DNA from: Eledone cirrhosa
Lineage: Eukaryota
NCBI GenBank assembly: GCA_964016885.1
Contig: OZ024747.1
Span: forward strand, 19,158,001-19,222,000
Reading direction: 5' to 3'
DNA length: 64,000 nt
In this document: positions 56,983 to 64,000 of the stretch, one piece after another
How positions within the stretch are numbered: the first letter of the stretch is position 1
Layout: every line of letters starts with the position of its first letter
Notes under the pieces: generated by a model
Seen by the model: only the letters and a program-made list of their open reading frames with translations
Database searches by the model: none
What the model was told of the DNA's origin: nothing
Translations under genes and position numbers: made by a program

Positions 56983-57144
56983 TACATACATATATATATA
57001 CATATAAACATACATATATATATACATATAAACATACATATATATATACATATAAACATACATATATATATACATATAAACATACATATATATACATATA
57101 AACATATATATATATATATATATGTATATACATACATATATATA

Positions 57145-57555
57145 TGGTGGCTGCCAACTCGTTTTCGAGTATGGCCACTACTTTATATCCATGTAGGAGA
57201 ACCCCTACCGATGCGCTGAACGAGTGTGACTTTTTAGTCCAGCCAGCGACTTGAAAACTCTGGTACAAACACTACACTTGTGACAATTATTGACACTTAG
57301 TGCTGGGCCCATGGTATCATGTGATGACAAATGCAGGGAGATCTCCAGATATAAAGCAATGCCTGTGCCGTGAAGCTTTTATAGTGAGCAAAAGCACTGC
57401 ACAAAGCCAGTCCCACTCTCTTAACCAAGATGATATTTACCAAAAAGAAGAACACGTCAACATCATTGGATACCATCAGAGTTGCAGGTGTTATATCAGA
57501 GTTTTCCTTCTCCTAGAATTCTGCCTTGACAAAGGCTAAGGGGTCATCTCTCCCA
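57145..57555 (-). mobile_element. 5'-truncated copy of the RTE-derived element
   Basis: Reverse complement of ~20062-20470. Confidence 0.82.
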
Positions 57556-57668
57556 TACATATATATATACACATATACATACACACACACATATATATAT
57601 ACACATATACATACACACATATATATATATACATATATATATATATACATACATATATATATACACAT

Positions 57669-57760
<92 letters not shown>

Positions 57761-57761
57761 C

Positions 57762-57792
<31 letters not shown>

Positions 57793-57841
57793 GTGTGTAT
57801 GTATATGTGTATATATATATGTATGTATGTATATATATATA

Positions 57842-57910
<69 letters not shown>

Positions 57911-59374
57911 ATACATACATACATATATATATATATATACACATATACATACACACATATATATATACATATATATATATAGACACACATACATACATAC
58001 ACACACTCAAGCACGCACACATACTCGCACATACACACATACACACACTCGCACATACACAAACGCACGCACACGCATATTCTTTTTGAACAATAAAGAA
58101 AAACTATATACCATATCATCTAGCGAAAACACAGTTGACCTGCACCGATATATCCAACAAAACATTTACAAAGGAGATATCTGCAGATACCTTAATCCAT
58201 GTAAAGAAAGCGAGCTTTTAAACTAATAGACTATTTTATAGCAAATCTCCACCATATTTATACTTGTATTTAAAAGAGGTATTAATATGCATGACAGACT
58301 TTTGCTTCATAATCGAAGAGCCGTAGCTATTTGTGGAGGAATAGCTCCAGAATATAAATTGTTGGCCATGTCATCGAAAGAAAGAACGGTCACGGCAAAT
58401 GTTTCCGTAAGCAGAACTTGTAGTTATTTTTATTTGTAAGAGCTGTAATTGCAGGAATGCGACGCATTTAAAGGCGGCGTTTTATTTCCTATTTGACTCA
58501 ACGACATCTCTACAATTAGAATAATGAATAAAACATGATGACAATAGAAAATTATATTTGTTTTGTCTTGTTTTTTGTTTGTTGTGTGCAGTCTTATTTT
58601 ATTTTCGTTGGTGTTGATTTATTTTAAGTGGAAATTTTCGATTTGAATATTATCAAGGATGTTCTTAATGATAACAATACTAGCGACAGCTGCAGCATCA
58701 TCAGTATAAAGGATAAGAATAACTTCTTACTTAACTTGTTAACCAATTGTTCAAGAGGACACGGAATAGTCAAGTTTAAGCCATCATAAATTATGCGGCG
58801 AGGGCAACACTCTAATTAATTAATAATTCTTATGCTGTGAGATGAAGAAAACATTAACCTAATAACTAGTATTAATTCTATGGTGTCTTCGCAAATTTAG
58901 ATGACAAATAGTAACATAATTCGGTCTAATCACGTTTCTTCAACGACACACAACCTTCTCTAAAATTGCCAGATTATTGATAAAATAATACCTATATTGA
59001 TATAAATTATTTTGCCCTCATAAACTATCATAATCATTGAGAAAGGTAACCCGGTGATACAATTTCCAGCGCGTCTCCTTTGTCGTCTTCCGGGGGAAAC
59101 GCCTTCTCCATTCTGTCTGCCGGGGCTATGGGGAGGCCATCAATATGATTGACTGACTTGTCATTTTATCAGACAACACAGAAATTCCTGCCAGCTTATA
59201 ATATATGATTGGTCTTTCAAATAACCAATAACATTATTCCTTACTTAAATGAATGTTACATGAAAAATATTCTAAATAGTTTGTAACCAGATGAACATTT
59301 GCAGTAAAACAGTGAGGAAAATGTCATTTATTAAAATTACTTACGCTGCAAATAGAGAAAAATTACAAATGATT

Positions 59375-59948
59375 AATAATTGTTTCTACTTTAGGCACAA
59401 GGCCAGCAATTACCCAGTACATTACTGGTACTTTATTTTATCGACCCCGTAAGGATGAAAGGCAAAGTTAACCTCGGTGGGATTTGAACTCAGGTCGTAA
59501 AGGGACGTAACTACGCTGGAAAGCATGTCTGACTCTCTACCGATACTGCCAATTCTAATAATTGTTTCTACTTTAGGCACAAGGCCAGCAATTACCCAGT
59601 GCATTACTGGTACTTTATTTTATCGACCCCGTAAGGATGAAAGGCAAAGTCAACCTCGGCGGGATTTGAACTCAGATCGTAAAGGGACGTAACTATGCTG
59701 GAAAGCATGGCGTCCGACTCTCTACCGATACTGCCAATCCACCGCCCGAAAACAAGAAATAATAATTGTTTCTATTTTAGGCACAAGGCCAGCAATTACC
59801 CAGTGCATTACTGGTACTTTATTTTATCGACCCCCGTAAGGATGAAAGGCAAAGTCAACCTCGGCGGGATTTGAACTCAGATCGTAAAGGGACGTAACTA
59901 TGCTGGAAAGCATGGCGTCCAACCCTCTACCGATACTGCCAATCCACC
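59375..59948 (-). mobile_element. Head-to-tail trimer of young SINEs
   Basis: Copies at 59375-59553, 59556-59747 and 59760-59948. Confidence 0.92.
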
Positions 59949-60173
59949 AATAATAATTTATAATAGTTTATTCTGATTTTGACAAGTGCATGTGACAACT
60001 CCAGACAATATCAGTACTTGACTAGTATTTTATTTTATCGACACCAGAAGGTGGAATGTAAAGAGCCAGAACAAAATGGCAAAGGTGTTTTATCCGACAC
60101 TATCAATTCTGGCTTTCCACCGCCCTGCGGTTTAATTATATACTAACTAAAGGTAACGTCTCCCTCTTTCTGT

Positions 60174-60220
<47 letters not shown>

Positions 60221-60269
60221 AACACACGGCGTTCTCTTTTCTCTCTCTACACTTAGCGTTCCCACTCTC

Positions 60270-60383
60270 TATATAAAGTAGCGTGACGGGCGGTCGGAGG
60301 GACGGACGGACGGACAGACAAACAGCGCTCTTATTATAATATAGACTAGCAGAGAACCACCCGGTGGGTGGTTTTCTGCTAGT
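60270..60383 (-). mobile_element. Helitron termini: a 5' TC end joined to a 3' CTAG end, with the 3' end folded back
   Basis: Minus strand reads ...GGGTGGTTCTCTGCTAG-TCTATATTATAATAAGAGCGCTGTTTGTCTGTCCGTCCGTCC; palindrome 60345-60383. Confidence 0.6.
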
Positions 60384-60585
60384 CGATATATATTTAACAC
60401 ACACACAAACACACAAACACAAACACAGACACACACACACACACATACATATATATACACCCATGTTCATATTTTGAGATGCATTATTCTCAAATCAGAT
60501 TATTATCTCTGACAGGAAGAACCAGTTTATAATTTTTAAGAAAAATTAAGCATACAGACATATTTTAGGAAACTTATGAATTCCT

Positions 60586-60634
<49 letters not shown>

Positions 60635-60834
60635 CTTACACAGATACACACAGACACACGCACAGACAGACACACACGCATACAGACACATACGCTAACA
60701 CACACATACCATACACACACTCATACATACGCACATATGCACACACGCTAACACACACATACACACGCACATACACACTTAAACCTATATATATGTATAT
60801 ATATAGAGAGACACACATAATATACATATATAAT

Positions 60835-60906
<72 letters not shown>

Positions 60907-61435
60907 CACACACACACACATATAACACACACCCATATATAAAATACACACACGCACACACATACATATAACACACACACACATATATAACACACACACG
61001 CACACACATACACACACACATATAACACACACACATATAATACACACACACACACGCATACACACACATATAACACACACACGCACATATAACACACACA
61101 CACATATATATATATATATTATATGCCAGTGAGTTGGTTAAAACACCAAAAGTCAGTCTTAAAATTGTCGTCTGTAAATTCAAAGAACTCAGCTGTGTCT
61201 GGCTAGATCTCCATGGTAACTACTCCAAGGTCGCGCGTGCCGTGGCTGGGAACGCAGGTGTCACGTGCTGGCCTAGAACGCTGGTTGTTGGAATCAGTGG
61301 TCGACGACATAACATATATATAATATGTGTGTGGAATAGTATAAATATTTCTTCGTATTTACTAACATATATATATATATTATATATTATATATACATAC
61401 ATTATATATATATTATTAATATATTACATACGTAC

Positions 61436-61481
<46 letters not shown>

Positions 61482-61497
61482 TAAAATAAAAGATTAA

Positions 61498-61548
61498 AGT
61501 TTAAGCAAAGAATCGCTGCTTTCACCCTTAACGGGATCTTCTGAAACT
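61498..61548 (-). ncRNA. Variant hammerhead with CAGAAGA (U4A) core; ~80-bp family C fragment in (TA)n
   Basis: Reverse complement reads AGTTT CAGAAGA TCCC-GTTAA-GGGT GAAA GCA..TGC TT AAACT. Confidence 0.68.
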
Positions 61549-61550
61549 AA

Positions 61551-61584
<34 letters not shown>

Positions 61585-61684
61585 TATTGAAATTTCCGTT
61601 GGAAACAGAAAAGGTCATAGAAATGAAGAGTGCTCTATGTAAGTATCAGAGCAAAATTTAATGTATAAAATCAATACAATATAA

Positions 61685-61760
61685 TTACCTCATTACCAGA
61701 GGTTTCCCGAATGAGGCGAATACGAAATAAATGACTTCATTCGTTCGTCAGACGAGGCAA
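61685..61760 (-). ncRNA. Type I hammerhead ribozyme in the PLE 3' region
   Basis: Reverse complement reads TTGCCTCGT CTGACGA ACGAATGA...TCATTCGG GAAA CCTCTGG TA ATGAGGTAA; 9-bp stem I; GUA site; same strand as the ORF. Confidence 0.88.
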
Positions 61761-62546
61761 TATAAAACATGGGCAAATACTTAGAAAAACACATCAAGAA
61801 AATCAAAAGAATATATAGATAAATGAAATAGAAATTGAAATATATAAAAATCTATCAAGAAAAATAGTTAGGTGTGTGTATGTGTATGTATATACGCTCA
61901 CAGATGTGCATATATGTATATGTGCACATGTAAATGTATAGTTAGAAAGTGTGCGTAATTATAAAAATTTAGGGCAAATGTATCTATATGTCTGTATTAT
62001 ACAGACAGAAATGGTTACATCGTAAATATAAGAATATAAAGTCGCGCGCATAAAAACGCCTGGACACTCGTACACTTAGATGCGGAAAGAAAGGAGGTAA
62101 AGAGAGTATAATAATTAAAAGAAAAGTATCAGTCTCGATATATTTAAAAAAATATAGTAACGATAAATTAGAAAGAAAAGAAAGAAAGAAAAAATTAAAG
62201 AAAACAAAAAAAGGGGGGGTACATACATACACAGACACGCGTGTCTCACAAAAGAAATGTAAAAATAATTATGCTTATATACACACGCGCACTTACACTT
62301 CCATACGTTCGATACGTACATACACACACACACACATACTTATACTCGCGCATATAAACCTGTTTGCATGCCCACGTATGAAACTGAGTAAGTAACAAAA
62401 GAGGGAAGGGTGGGGGGAGAAGAAAAAAGGAACAAAAACATAAAACCGAAATGTCAAAAACACGGATATAAAGACACTTACACATACGCATAATATATAC
62501 ATACACACACACACAAACACCTGTACACACACACATACATACACGC

Positions 62547-62577
<31 letters not shown>

Positions 62578-62962
62578 CATACACGCACGCGCGCGCACAT
62601 ACGTAGTCACTCATGTACATATATAAAAAGTATACACACATTAAGGCGTTCAGCCATATTGAAATGTGGATAAATAAGTACAAATATAAAATTGTAAGAT
62701 AGGCTGCGCAAAAATAAAATAAAAATAAAAATGAAAAATATATCTGGATTGAAAAACACAAAAGACAAGTATAATCAGTTAGTGGAGGAAAAAGGGAAGT
62801 AAAAGAAGGGGAAGTAAAAAATAGAAAATAGGAAGTGGATCGGAGAATAAAGGGGGGGGGGGTGAAGTAAAAATAAATAAAAGTGAAAATAAATGAAATT
62901 ATTGACAAGGATAAGAATGAAAGTAAGTCAGAAAGGGTAATTAAAAAGAGAATAATAAGAGT

Positions 62963-63980
62963 TTATGGAGGATAAGTATCTGAAAGTGTGTTAAGTTTAT
63001 ATGAGCTGGAAAGCAGGTGTGATTTCATGTATGGGCAACTGGTAAAAATTTCCGTCTTTGTGTTCAGGCAGGTCTTTGGTGATTTAAGATTTTGCAATAT
63101 CCAAAATTTTTCATTTATGCAGAGCGTGCATTTTCTTGTTCCTCTAGCATATTTTTTAGATTGGTTCAAAATTGACCAATCTAGTTTATATTGGATGCCT
63201 TGGTCTTTCAAATCCCAGATTCTGCTAGCCAGAGCTGTTGTAAATCTTTTTTCTGGATGTCGAAAGGATGCGACATGTGAGTAATAACGCGTTTTGAATC
63301 TGTCTTGCGTCATACCCACATATCGTTCACTGGTGACTGGATGGTTGTTGCTGATGGTTGTCACATTAGCCGCATATACAATGGCTTTGGTGTTGCATTT
63401 GTAATGGGCATTCACTTTTGATTCTACAGGAGCAAGTTTGATTTTCTCTAGGTGATGTTTTGTTGAGGATATAGGACTTAATAGGGGGACCGCAGGAATA
63501 GCTAATTTTAACACAGTTTCTGTTAAAGATCTTATAGTATCTATGTGTTCTAGGGAAATGTTTATCTAGGAGTTCTAGGAATTTTTTGCCTACATTAGTT
63601 TTAACTGCTAGAGAGTAGGGGGGTGTGAACCAGATTATTTTTCTTTTCCTATTTTTATGTTTAATAGAGTTAGTGTAGTTAGGTATGTATTTAATCGGTT
63701 CGCTAAAGCCGCTATTTTGGAGGGCTTTATTATAGTAGGGGGATGCCTTATTGAAAATAGCTTCTGATGAAGAGAGGGTGGAGATCCTACGGCTAATATT
63801 AGGGATAAGGTTTTTAAAAACTATAGGTGGATGGCAAGATCCTTTATTTATATATTTTAAGTTTTCATTAGGTTTATGGTATGGTTTATAAGAAGCAGTA
63901 GGCAAATCTAAGTTTATATCTAGGAAATCTACATTGGAAAGGTTAGTATCAATAGTAATTTTAAGATTAAAACTAGCAAA
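62963..63980 (-). pseudogene. PLE reverse transcriptase C-terminus/thumb + GIY-YIG endonuclease, with one frameshift near 63400
   Basis: LKITIDTNLSNVDFLDINLDL..YKPYHKPN..YINKGSCHPP, RKRKIIWFTPPYS, KIFNRNCVKISYSC, CSCRIKSECPL / KCNTKAIVY..YVGMT..FKTRY..H..KCTLCINEK..LNTK. Confidence 0.92.
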
Positions 63981-64000
63981 TATATATATATATATATATA

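Larger units (their letters stand above)
61582..63980 (-). mobile_element. Naiad-type Penelope-like retroelement, truncated or interrupted within the RT, in (TA)n
   Basis: RT end + linker + GIY-YIG ORF, a ~1.4-kb 3' region with an HHR, and TA tracts at both ends. Confidence 0.9.

Noticed and set aside
62963-63980. Selenoprotein-type Naiad (UGA at Cys positions plus SECIS)
   Set aside because: All visible conserved Cys positions are ordinary Cys codons here and at 46041-46283; no in-frame UGA needs recoding

Overview
Animal genomic DNA made almost entirely of repeats. The SINE families and the extreme (TA)n/(CA)n/(AG)n/(TATG)n density suggest an Octopus-like cephalopod, which is an inference. 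I found no host protein-coding gene that I can support, and nearly all listed ORFs are microsatellite artefacts. The only real coding remnants come from transposons: Naiad-type Penelope-like elements (PLEs; RT end + GIY-YIG at 62963-63980 minus, GIY-YIG C-terminus at 46041-46283), a second PLE-type fragment, R4/Dong-like RLE LINE remnants, Tx1-like 3' ends and RTE-derived elements. The main hidden signal is more than 20 type I hammerhead ribozyme (HHR) motifs (stem I-CUGANGA-stem II-GAAA-stem III-NUH-stem I) in at least 8 sequence families. They sit in short non-coding elements inserted into (TA)n tracts, arranged as tandem monomers (310 and ~423 bp, retrozyme-like), ~615-bp partial tandems or near-perfect fold-back palindromes. 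Two of these families link directly to the 3' ends of the GIY-YIG PLEs in the same window. Also present: many tRNA-derived SINEs (including multimers), MITEs hosting satellites, Helitron ends and several minisatellites. All structures were read by eye; no folding or database search was run, and boundaries are approximate.
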